Program-made: the position numbers and the translations under genes
Shown here: positions 51,001-59,187 of the stretch, piece after piece
Position numbering within the stretch: position 1 is the first letter of the stretch
How the letters are laid out: each line of letters begins with the position of its first letter
IMG/VR virus record: IMGVR_UViG_3300026549_002379
DNA length: 64,000 nucleotides
Strand: one strand, 5' to 3'
From: an uncultured virus (IMG/VR IMGVR_UViG_3300026549_002379)
Lineage: Duplodnaviria > Heunggongvirae > Uroviricota > Caudoviricetes
Notes under the pieces: model-generated
Told to the model about the DNA's origin: nothing
Database searches by the model: none
The model's input: the letters and a program-made list of their open reading frames with translations, nothing else

Positions 51001-51381
51001 CAGACCGTCCGTAGTCAGCGCATCGTAGCCACGACGCTGCGAAGCGCTGGACAGATACGAAATCGTGGCTCCGAAAAACCCGGTGTCGTAATTCTGGTCG
51101 ACGAAGCCCATGTAATCACCCGCATCGCCGGCCTTCACATCCTTCGTCAGATTCTCCTTGCCCTTGCCAGACGAGGCGTTCAAGGCATCGTCAAAGAAGG
51201 CCGAAGCGGCCGACGACACCTTGTAGAACGAATACGTATTGTCGTCGTCGTCCTTGCCGGCAAACGCCGGAGCGGCCGTCGCCAGAATCGTCAGCACACA
51301 GGCCAGCATGACCATGACAACCGTAAGGACACGCCAGATGCCATGTCCACTCTGCTTATGTACTCCAATTGCATCATTCAT
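48034..51381 (-). CDS. Polytopic membrane protein, VirB6-like
   Basis: 1115 aa, signal peptide, many TM helices, long low-complexity tail; overlaps the virB4-like stop. Confidence 0.7.
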   Translation of the reverse strand: MNDAIGVHKQSGHGIWRVLTVVMVMLACVLTILATAAPAFAGKDDDDNTYSFYKVSSAASAFFDDALNASSGKGKENLTKDVKAGDAGDYMGFVDQNYDTGFFGATISYLSSASQRRGYDALTTDGLSNYQAYAQYGHALNVLGLDSVGYENDGFAVIIRFIAGGLLYLAWGMALVVELLFALAGYILSVFNPFRWFGQSVMADWSLGGTTVGAPSSFFSSLASTVTHWYEVLQGAGLFIVTVLFMASVGIALLAWRGTGSIKSSLKKTVIRLLFLIAGIPVMGVLYTACLDALNLSNGAGGAPMANQVVGSTLIDFESWANKTRLALPSGDNITVTGDGTVSMSDTTPVRTIAHDVNAINTDAVDSGETSKFQLSNIDVFNDTNTIAQVDKISAMSDIIVRYMKGSYYSASQFETTAKKDLNIETNSTLADSFKDAVKFDSYQNNTLSGVSGGTATYLTDGADGTTVSGFDEGKAGTITGASSGNGDTYFSTLAMYNYLTTEFGDSSMTVFSSKKAASGMILRSHHSVNLVGSGVSQLIYWMNTFTILLGLVIIAIGYAFAMVVNSIGRGVRMIASLPFAMLGNLRAIAKTLTYGLMMILEVFATMLTYGLVIQLFITLNNVLVDGGANAWNTNITATMIPTVAGDSVASLVPNLFLGFMAPLLATIMDIWFVIKAMKLRKVIVKTFDEWTAGVIDRLFETPGSAQAVAGRPTAADKARGAVGKAAGAVGRGVAGYAGMRLANGAMNAISGETGHGVAGMAGLDGEGSASNDSESSSESTAENATGSREDVKAVGGAEGFDSQKALPGPGGVSGVDVTTNGPDGTGGGDSGSDSSSSESVAKGKELSKVDSLANAKNVSGEKSTHDTSKEGSASTESTDNAESSKSSKSSKSSGSDAKSGKGVHGVKGGAAEALATDKKSQDLNKRAADGHKRKLHGVKNAVVGGAEAYLGAGTGNAALAAKGAQRAARGIKDVKQGGAEVQAVRQERAGISPQQARQHDNLMGQYKAAIETTRSGSQATVAGVTYSSPADVRKAMNVEKKRWNNAISASVQSASPASQTRAAASGTAQNATSSPSRPSGQGGNAAGTAKKAANATKKVAEAADKAKDAAGKVV
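48713..48811. repeat. 99-bp exact direct repeat, copy 2
   Basis: Identical to 5043-5141; in frame within the VirB6-like tail. Confidence 0.95.
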
Positions 51382-53296
51382 TGGCCGTATCCTCCTTTCT
51401 CGCCTTCCTGCGCGCCCTGCGCCGCGTACGTTTGTCAGCGTCCGCCACAGGATTCAGGCGCAAATCCTGCTGAAACACGACATTATCGAAGCCACGCCGG
51501 ATGTATCCGACCGCGGCATCCTTCGCCGTAATCAAATCCTTCAGGTCCGGCGGAATCGCCTGGCCAAGCAGCTTCTCATAACGATTCACTGCCGTCTTCG
51601 ACATGTTGCCGAAAATCGTATAGTCGGCCTTGTCGAAATGCGAGAACGTGATGTCATCGAAGGCCTTGTCGATACTGTTGTACAGATAGGCCACACGACC
51701 ACCCTTATCATACAGTTTGGAAAACTGCGTGTCCACGTACTCGCGCACGTTCTTGTCAATCAGCTCACTGCCATGCACGATGACCAGGTCGCCATTGCCA
51801 AGGTTGTTCACGGCAAAGCCGATGATGTTCACCAGCTGCGCCATGGCAACGCCCTTGCCGCGAAGCATCAGCCGCGAGAAGTCATAGATGACCCTGCGTC
51901 CGGTCTTGGCACCGTCGATGCTGCTGGACGTCGTCGTGTTAAACAGGTCGCCGTTGTTGCTCAGCAGGTTCTTGAACGTAGCCGACAGCACGCTCAACGC
52001 GTGCACCTTCTCGTCGTCACGTGCCGACTTGTTGACAATCGCCTTGTACTCCATGTCCAGATAGGACACGAACTTCTCCAGCTTCGGCACCTCCTCATGC
52101 GGAATGTTGACGACACGCAGACGGTCACGGTGCTCCTTGGCATTGTCGTACCACATGCCGGAGTCGATATAGAACTTCGTCGCGATGTCCTCAAGGGAAC
52201 CGCGGATAATCGAACGGTCGGCATCCGTGGTCTCGTACGCCTGCTCCGCCATCAGAATCAGCTTCTGCATCTGCGCCGGGAAAATCGCCAGCTCGTCCTT
52301 GTCGTCGCCGAACATCTCGAACATGTTGACATCGCCATTACTCATGTCGATGCGATACGTGATGCCATCGAACTTCGGCCCAAGCTTGTCCATGTCCGCG
52401 CCATCAAGGATGATGTGCACAACACGACCGTTGTTCAGCAGACACGCCTGGGACATCTTGGAACCCCACATGTCGGCCATGTGCACACGGCCACGCACCA
52501 TGTTGTACTGCTCCGTCGACACCACCACGTGATGACGGAAATTGTCGACGTCCAGAAGGACGGCCGAATTGTTCACGTCACCAGTCATGGCACCGACGTA
52601 CTCGCCGCCGGCATCCTCAAGACCATGCGTAACCAGGGAATAAGACCCTGCAAACTCCGTTGACGTGTAATAGAAGCCCTTGCCACGCTTGCGCTCGTTA
52701 CGCGCAAACAGGTTCGCCAGCTCCTGCCTCTGCTCGCCATTGTACGCGGCCGCATTCAGCGTCGCAAAACGGTCCTGGTACAGGCGCTCGATACGGTCGA
52801 CCGCCTTGTCAAGCTCCTCCAGGGAAGGCGCCTTGACGATGATGCGGTTCTGCACGTTCAGATAGGACGCACCGTCGGTCAGCTCCTGTGCCACGACCTC
52901 CAGGTCCTCAACGGCCCTGTTCGCCGTATGACGAGACTTGTTGGTACCTGCCTGAGCCTGCGAGTTCGCATCCATCTGAGCCACGCCCTCGGCAGTGTTC
53001 TGATGGTTCGCCACCCAGGTATCGCCCATGCGCGACACCTGCTCAAAGTTAATCGTCATGACCTTCGGGCCAAGACCGGTAGGAATGCGATTCAGACCCC
53101 AGAAGGCTCCGAAACCATCCGTCGCACCAGCCTGGTGATGATAGGTCAGAATCGTCGCGTAATAGCCGTCAATCGTAAAGTAATCGCTATGGAAGATATA
53201 ACCGCTCTTCGGCTTGAACTCCGCCAGGAACGGCGTGTTCTTGAACGTCAGGTCACGCTCGTCCTCGTCCTTTTTCTTCCTGTTGAAAATTCCCAT
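51374..53296 (-). CDS. VirB4-like protein with degenerate ATPase motifs
   Basis: Position and overall architecture (YVG...AVLLD, VNMFE, DLFNTTT...RVIYDFS) fit VirB4, but there is no GxxxxGK[ST] or DE motif. Confidence 0.6.
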   Translation of the reverse strand: MGIFNRKKKDEDERDLTFKNTPFLAEFKPKSGYIFHSDYFTIDGYYATILTYHHQAGATDGFGAFWGLNRIPTGLGPKVMTINFEQVSRMGDTWVANHQNTAEGVAQMDANSQAQAGTNKSRHTANRAVEDLEVVAQELTDGASYLNVQNRIIVKAPSLEELDKAVDRIERLYQDRFATLNAAAYNGEQRQELANLFARNERKRGKGFYYTSTEFAGSYSLVTHGLEDAGGEYVGAMTGDVNNSAVLLDVDNFRHHVVVSTEQYNMVRGRVHMADMWGSKMSQACLLNNGRVVHIILDGADMDKLGPKFDGITYRIDMSNGDVNMFEMFGDDKDELAIFPAQMQKLILMAEQAYETTDADRSIIRGSLEDIATKFYIDSGMWYDNAKEHRDRLRVVNIPHEEVPKLEKFVSYLDMEYKAIVNKSARDDEKVHALSVLSATFKNLLSNNGDLFNTTTSSSIDGAKTGRRVIYDFSRLMLRGKGVAMAQLVNIIGFAVNNLGNGDLVIVHGSELIDKNVREYVDTQFSKLYDKGGRVAYLYNSIDKAFDDITFSHFDKADYTIFGNMSKTAVNRYEKLLGQAIPPDLKDLITAKDAAVGYIRRGFDNVVFQQDLRLNPVADADKRTRRRARRKARKEDTANE

Positions 53297-54175
53297 TTAC
53301 ACCGACTCCTTTCCCCTGTAGATAGTACGGAGTACGTCATAAATGTCATCGCCGAACAGCGCCGTGCACTGCTTGAACACGAGGGACGAGTTCTCGCATT
53401 CCGTCTGCAGCATGTTCTTGGCCACTGTCAGCTCCTCCGCGTTGTTCGACTTGAGAATAAGGTACTGATGAATCGAACGATAGGCCGCTCCGACCTCATC
53501 CTTCAGGCATTTGAACTCGGTATCGGCCATCGCGCGAAGCTCCGGGTCGTCCACCGTCAGATTGTTGTACCTATTGTAAATCGCCGAAAGCTGGCGATAC
53601 ACCTTCTGAGGCTCCTTGACCGTAATGAAAATCATCTCGGTATCGGTACGCATCTTGCGATAGAACGCATCGCAACGGTCAAGAATCGCGTCGCGGTCCT
53701 CCTCGAACAAGAGAACCGACGCCGTGCCGACGACCCTGTACATGAATCCGCACGAGCCATCCCAGAACTGGATGAACCCGGTCTCCGGGTTGATGGACTC
53801 GATGCCGACCATCGCAGAGAAGTCGTTCGCCCTCGACATGTTCCTCGTGTGAATGCGACGCATGCCCTTCGGCAGATAGTTCAGCATGGACACGACCATG
53901 GAAGCCTGCGGAATGCCCAGCTTGTCGCGCTTCAGAAGCACGAACGTCAACGCCATCCACAGGATGACGAACAAGATGATAAGCGACAGCGATGCCGACG
54001 CAATGAACGTCTTCGTCACCATCATGAGCAGCACGAGAATGCTGAGCACCCATGCCAGGATGTACCCGATGGGCATAGGCTTCGCACCGACGCCGTCCTT
54101 GCTCTGAAGCGAAATCTGAGTGTCCGCAAACGACTTGTCCAGGGACTCAGGTATCTTATAGGACTGCTTTGCCAT
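53297..54175 (-). CDS. PrgI/VirB3-like membrane protein
   Basis: Two TM helices, then a soluble domain; abuts the virB4-like gene. Confidence 0.55.
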   Translation of the reverse strand: MAKQSYKIPESLDKSFADTQISLQSKDGVGAKPMPIGYILAWVLSILVLLMMVTKTFIASASLSLIILFVILWMALTFVLLKRDKLGIPQASMVVSMLNYLPKGMRRIHTRNMSRANDFSAMVGIESINPETGFIQFWDGSCGFMYRVVGTASVLLFEEDRDAILDRCDAFYRKMRTDTEMIFITVKEPQKVYRQLSAIYNRYNNLTVDDPELRAMADTEFKCLKDEVGAAYRSIHQYLILKSNNAEELTVAKNMLQTECENSSLVFKQCTALFGDDIYDVLRTIYRGKESV

Positions 54176-54287
54176 CCAATCTCTCCTTTCTGTCTATTTG
54201 AAATTACCTTGTTCCAGACACGGAAGTGCGGCCGGGACGATTTTCGTTCCAACCGCAGCGTCCCATGATATTCAATAATCGCAGCAC

Positions 54288-56462
54288 TTAGTTGAACTGC
54301 GGAATGATGCCCTTACTACCGTCTTCGCGCTCGCCGTAAATGACATCACAGTCAAACACATTGCCCTTCTTGGACACGGCACCCTCGATATGCACGGTTC
54401 CGCCATCCTCGAGAAGCTCCTTCTCGTGCGGCGTGAACTCATGCCTGCACCACGAGTCAGGCACGCCCTCCTTGTTGGCAAAACCGGTGCGCTCGAAGCC
54501 GACGAACTTGTGACCGTTGTAGGTCTGCTCAGCCAAGTGCCCGGTAATACCGTACTCCTTGCCGGTCTTCTTCGACTTCAGGCCCCACACCTCGATTTCG
54601 TCACCGTTGCAGAGTGCCTCGCACTCCTCGTCCGTGAAGCGGTGTCCGCCCCACGTACGATTGAAGGAAACGCTCTTGCCATTCCAGGTTCCTGTGAACT
54701 TCTCCTTCTGCTCAAACTTCTGTTCCATGATTCCAAGCTCCTTTCTCATATTTGCGCCATTCTGCTTCATCGTGACCATATCGTCCCGAACCAGCTGGGC
54801 CACACCAGCCAGGCACTTGTCCGGGTCTTTCTTTCCTGCCGCGATGTCACGCATGTCAGACATCAGGGACTCCGTCATGGACAGGTCGCCGATATGCGTA
54901 CCGGGCAGGAGCATGTAACTCATCGCACCGTACTGCGTCATGGAAATCTTCCCGCGCTTCTCGGCAAGAAGAGGATACTTCGCCTTGTCGTTCGTCACAT
55001 CGGCATAAATCGACGTACGCGTCGCGCCGGTGCCCACGTCACGCTTCTCAAGCTGCTTCATCAGCCACTTCATCGAAGGCGTCTGCGGCTTCGGAGGGAA
55101 CCCCTCGTGAACGAACGGCTCTGCCGTCGTACCGAGCGCCTTCGAGGAGACGTCCTCGCCATCATCGGCATCATAGCTCACCGCATGCCAACCCTGGCTC
55201 AGCGGAACGTTCGCCATACCGGTGAACGCCGGATAGTCCTTCACATGGCCCTTCTGCTGCTCGTACTTGTAATCTTCGGCAAGCATGGCCAGATAGCTCT
55301 TCGCCAGGATGACGTAGATGTCCTCAGCCCCGGTACCGTACTTGGACAGGTCCGACAGACTCTTCGGAACGTTAGGTCCCGGACGGTTGGCGCCATGCGC
55401 ACATCCCGTCTTGACATGCGTCTTGCGAGGCTGCCGATGCGTCAGAATCGACGGGTCGACCCCGACGACGGCCGCGATGTCATCAATCTTCGGCAGCAGG
55501 TCATTGAACTGCTCCGGCGTGATGAACTTGTCCTCGGTACGCGGATAGCTGACCACCTGCGCCTCATACATCTTCTGATAGGTCGACAGGACGGTCTTCG
55601 CCTTGATACCCTTTGAAGCCAGCTGAGAAGACAGCCCGGCCAGGTCAATCAGACGCGGAGGCGTCGTGGACTTGTTCGCCTTGGAATCAACGACGACCGC
55701 TGACGTATGATACGTCTGCGGAACCTCGCCCTTCGTCTTGTACGAAGGCTCGTCGGGATTCGTATAGACATTGCCGTTCTCGTCCCTGAAACGATTCGAA
55801 TAGAACGGCACCTTCTTGTAATTGTTCACCAGCTTCAGCTGGTCGCCGACCAGAAGCACCATCGCCGACTTCAGACGTCCCTGGCGGAGCACCGCACGCC
55901 CGTCGCCGTTCTTAGTCGCGATACGCGTGAACTGCATGGACATATAGTCCCACTTGCTGCGATACAGCGCCTTGCGATAATCGGCATCGGCATCCAGGTT
56001 CGGAATCAGCTTCCTGCCCTTGAACGCCTTCTGCACCTCAGGCGCAGACTCGTCGACAAAGTACATACGCGTGTACTTCTTCGCACGGATGTTGTTCTCC
56101 ATCAGAATCTCGAACGCCAGCAACTGGCCTTCGCCCGTAGGGTCGTCATCGGTCGCGACACAAACCTCGTCGCATCCCTTGAACGTCTTCTTGATGTTCG
56201 CAATGGTGGCTGCCGTGTCCGGCTTCTTGGAACGGCTCCAGTTGAACTGCGTAGGGTCCCATGGCAGATTCGCCAGGTCCCATGACTTGTACTGTGCCCG
56301 CAACGCCGCAGGCACCTGCTTCTCGGGCGTGTCAAACTCATAGAGATGACCGCGTGCGGCGACAATCGTGTACTGTTCGCCGTTATACGTGCCCTGCATG
56401 CCACCCAGCGCCTTGGCAAAATTTCGCGCCTGTGACGGCTTCTCTGCAAGAATTCCTATCAT
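54288..56462 (-). CDS. Type IA DNA topoisomerase (TopB-like)
   Basis: ILAEKPS, ARGHL, ATDDDPTGEG Toprim, SYPRTE catalytic Tyr, VGTGATR, C-terminal repeats. Confidence 0.93.
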   Translation of the reverse strand: MIGILAEKPSQARNFAKALGGMQGTYNGEQYTIVAARGHLYEFDTPEKQVPAALRAQYKSWDLANLPWDPTQFNWSRSKKPDTAATIANIKKTFKGCDEVCVATDDDPTGEGQLLAFEILMENNIRAKKYTRMYFVDESAPEVQKAFKGRKLIPNLDADADYRKALYRSKWDYMSMQFTRIATKNGDGRAVLRQGRLKSAMVLLVGDQLKLVNNYKKVPFYSNRFRDENGNVYTNPDEPSYKTKGEVPQTYHTSAVVVDSKANKSTTPPRLIDLAGLSSQLASKGIKAKTVLSTYQKMYEAQVVSYPRTEDKFITPEQFNDLLPKIDDIAAVVGVDPSILTHRQPRKTHVKTGCAHGANRPGPNVPKSLSDLSKYGTGAEDIYVILAKSYLAMLAEDYKYEQQKGHVKDYPAFTGMANVPLSQGWHAVSYDADDGEDVSSKALGTTAEPFVHEGFPPKPQTPSMKWLMKQLEKRDVGTGATRTSIYADVTNDKAKYPLLAEKRGKISMTQYGAMSYMLLPGTHIGDLSMTESLMSDMRDIAAGKKDPDKCLAGVAQLVRDDMVTMKQNGANMRKELGIMEQKFEQKEKFTGTWNGKSVSFNRTWGGHRFTDEECEALCNGDEIEVWGLKSKKTGKEYGITGHLAEQTYNGHKFVGFERTGFANKEGVPDSWCRHEFTPHEKELLEDGGTVHIEGAVSKKGNVFDCDVIYGEREDGSKGIIPQFN

Positions 56463-56561
56463 ATGAAATCTCCTTTCGGGCACAGCCTTTTATCTCAGAG
56501 GCGTGCCGTCTCATATTCGTGTCAATGATATCATAAATTTTGGCCTGAATCAAGCCATATA

Positions 56562-57320
56562 TCAACGGATTGGCCGTCCATCACGACGTTTCGCAAGCTC
56601 AATCCGCTGTGCCGACTGCATCTGCAGACGACGCATGACGTCCTCCACGCCATCCTCTCCGAAGTCGACATCACCGGGCTTCGCCGGATTGCCACGACGA
56701 TAGCCAAGACGGTCGAACACCAGATACGACAGCGCCAGCTCGGCCTCGTGATTCAAATCGAGCAGCGTCCTCAGCTGCATCGTCGCCTTCGTAATCGACT
56801 TCTGCATGGCCAGCATCGGGTCGCTGGCATCGCTCGCCTTCGCATAGGCGTTGGCAAGACGCAGCTGCTCCGGCGTCAAGTCCTCATAGTTCCCAAGCGT
56901 CACCGCCATGAACGCCGTGACCGCATCGGTATTGTTCGCCGCATCCACAAGGCCCGGAAGCATACGCACCTGCCGTATCAGGGACAGAGGAATGTCCTTT
57001 ACCTGACTAAGCTTCACGTCTTCCTTCTTCTTGCCCTGCGACGGCTTCGGCACGTTCGTGCTCTTCGCCATCACCACGGGCTCCCTCTTCGCCTTCGGCC
57101 TATGAGGCGGCTCCATATCCGCCTGCTGGTCTGCAACGACATCCGTCGTCGACATCTCGGTTCCCGCCGGCGATGCCTCAACGCTCACAGTACTATCGGA
57201 AACAACAGGCCTCTCGTCCACATCGGGAAGCTTTCGCGGCTGCTTTCCCTCTTTCTTGGCCTGCTGCATGCGGTCCTTTATCATCAGATAGTTCACATCA
57301 AAAACGTCATTCTCCGCCAT
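56562..57320 (-). CDS. Hypothetical protein
   Basis: 252 aa, in an operon with two RHH genes. Confidence 0.65.
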   Translation of the reverse strand: MAENDVFDVNYLMIKDRMQQAKKEGKQPRKLPDVDERPVVSDSTVSVEASPAGTEMSTTDVVADQQADMEPPHRPKAKREPVVMAKSTNVPKPSQGKKKEDVKLSQVKDIPLSLIRQVRMLPGLVDAANNTDAVTAFMAVTLGNYEDLTPEQLRLANAYAKASDASDPMLAMQKSITKATMQLRTLLDLNHEAELALSYLVFDRLGYRRGNPAKPGDVDFGEDGVEDVMRRLQMQSAQRIELAKRRDGRPIR

Positions 57321-57338
57321 ATCGCATCACTCCCTTCG

Positions 57339-57656
57339 TCATACCTCGCCATCCTCATGCTCCAACAGATAGTTGTCGCCACGGGTCAGACCGAGCAGGC
57401 TGTCGAATCCGCTCACCGTCACGTCCTCCAGGCTCCTGACATTGCTCGAAAGCACAGTGACCGCGTCTATCAGCTGATTCAGCCTCGCCACCTCCGCCGT
57501 CGGGAGGTCATAATCGCCGTTCTCGCGCCCTATCTGGCGCTCCAGCGCCTCCTGCATGTATTCGTTCGCTGACAAACCACGGCGCTTCGCCCAGTACTGG
57601 AGCCTCTGGTAATCGTCCTCAGAGAGCCTCAGCGTCATTCTGTGCCCTTCTGCCAT
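57339..57656 (-). CDS. Ribbon-helix-helix (CopG-like) protein
   Basis: RMTLRLSEDDYQRLQYWAKRRGLSANEYMQEAL. Confidence 0.75.
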   Translation of the reverse strand: MAEGHRMTLRLSEDDYQRLQYWAKRRGLSANEYMQEALERQIGRENGDYDLPTAEVARLNQLIDAVTVLSSNVRSLEDVTVSGFDSLLGLTRGDNYLLEHEDGEV

Positions 57657-57826
57657 GCCGTATCAGCCTCCTTCCTGTTCGCGTCGACCCATTCGTGAAT
57701 CAGCGCCGCGACGGTCATGCCGCGCTCGGCAGCCATGACCTTCAGCGCCGTCTTGTCATCCACGGACAGTGATATCTGCATCGTTGTACGCCTCTTTCCG
57801 GCGCACACGTCATTCGTATCCGTCAT
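57635..57826 (-). CDS. Ribbon-helix-helix protein, paralog of 3632-3895
   Basis: TTMQISLSVDDKTALKVMAAERGMTVAALIHEWV; promoter TTGATT-N17-TATAAT at 57886-57858. Confidence 0.75.
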   Translation of the reverse strand: MTDTNDVCAGKRRTTMQISLSVDDKTALKVMAAERGMTVAALIHEWVDANRKEADTAWQKGTE

Positions 57827-58064
57827 CCGCGCATCTCCTTTCTTATCCATTTATCCAATTATACATAATATTACGCCGGAAATCAAGACCCTGCGCCACA
57901 GTTCGACCGAAAACGCGACGGCATGACCCAACGCGTAAGCGTCGAACCCACACGACGCCCTGAGAGCCGATTTAAGACGTCTTTATCACCAGAAAGTAAA
58001 ACGTATCGACAGGCAAAAGAAAACGCCCCTGAGAGCATCTCAGAGGCGTCCTTTTCACCGTCTA

Positions 58065-59054
58065 TCAATTTTCAGACGCATCGCCCGACTCATCGCCGGA
58101 CTTATCGTCCGACACACTGCCGGACGTGCTCACGGCATCAATCTGTGCCTTACGAGTCGCGTCAACAGCCTTCGCCCAGGCATTGTACGCCCGCTCATCG
58201 TCCTTGTCGACATAGGTTCCGCTGTCATAGTAATACGCGGCATCGGGGGCGGAGACAAGCACGAACCGCATCAGCGCCCCGCCGTTCGGACGGTTGCACG
58301 TCGACATCATCAGAATCCGCGTATTCTTGTCGGGCGTGTCGCCGACCCTGTACCTGGCATTCGCGGCCACATGCTGAATCATCTCGCCGTACTTATCGGA
58401 ACCCAACTCGTACGGGATGTCATAGATTTCGTCCGACTCCCAGGCATCCAGCCCGGCCCACACGCGCCAGCGCTCGGAATGGTCCGGATAATAGATATAA
58501 ACGTACGGATAGTCGGACGCTCCCTGCACCGTACCCCAGCGCGTAGGCAGATTCGAGAACTGCCACTCGCCATTATAGCTGTTCATACGATGCCCGAGAA
58601 TCAGAAGCCTTGCATCGTCCGGCAAAGAGCCGTCCTCGTTCTTCGGCTCGGCCGGCACCAGAAAGGCCCCACAGCCGTTATAGGTCTTGTCCAAGCCCTT
58701 CAGGTTATAGAAATACTGGTTCACCGTGCGCTCCTGCATCACGGGCGCGTCAATCTTCGTTCCCGGAACGTACATCCAACGCGTAGCATCGGCGTTCTCT
58801 GCAATGAGCGAATTGAAGTCAATGCGCCTGAGCAGGTTCTCATCAATGCCGAAGCGCTCGGCATCATCCTTGGCCGGCTCCTGCACGACCTCCTGCACGA
58901 CCTCCTGTGCCACGTCCGACACCTCGTCATCCGCGTCCTTCTTCTCCGACGCGTCATGGCCGACGTACCACACACCGTACGTCATAGCCAAAACGGCCGC
59001 TATTGCAAGAACGACGCCAAGCACGCGCCGACCCACCAATCCTTTCCTGTTCAT
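58065..59054 (-). CDS. srtB: Class B sortase
   Basis: N-terminal TM, IDFNSL..N.D...W.YVPGTKID.PVMQ, ILGHRM, MMSTCN, downstream R; promoter TTGATT-N17-TATAAT at 59120-59092. Confidence 0.88.
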   Translation of the reverse strand: MNRKGLVGRRVLGVVLAIAAVLAMTYGVWYVGHDASEKKDADDEVSDVAQEVVQEVVQEPAKDDAERFGIDENLLRRIDFNSLIAENADATRWMYVPGTKIDAPVMQERTVNQYFYNLKGLDKTYNGCGAFLVPAEPKNEDGSLPDDARLLILGHRMNSYNGEWQFSNLPTRWGTVQGASDYPYVYIYYPDHSERWRVWAGLDAWESDEIYDIPYELGSDKYGEMIQHVAANARYRVGDTPDKNTRILMMSTCNRPNGGALMRFVLVSAPDAAYYYDSGTYVDKDDERAYNAWAKAVDATRKAQIDAVSTSGSVSDDKSGDESGDASEN

Positions 59055-59187
59055 ACGGAAGGCATCCTCCTTTCAATGTTCGTTTACGCCAATTATAAGC
59101 GATTTCAGCTCATAAATCAAGGCATAAAGAAAGGACGCACCCCTCGCGGAGTGCGTCCTCCCTATTATCGCGTCATGTCGTCAGACA

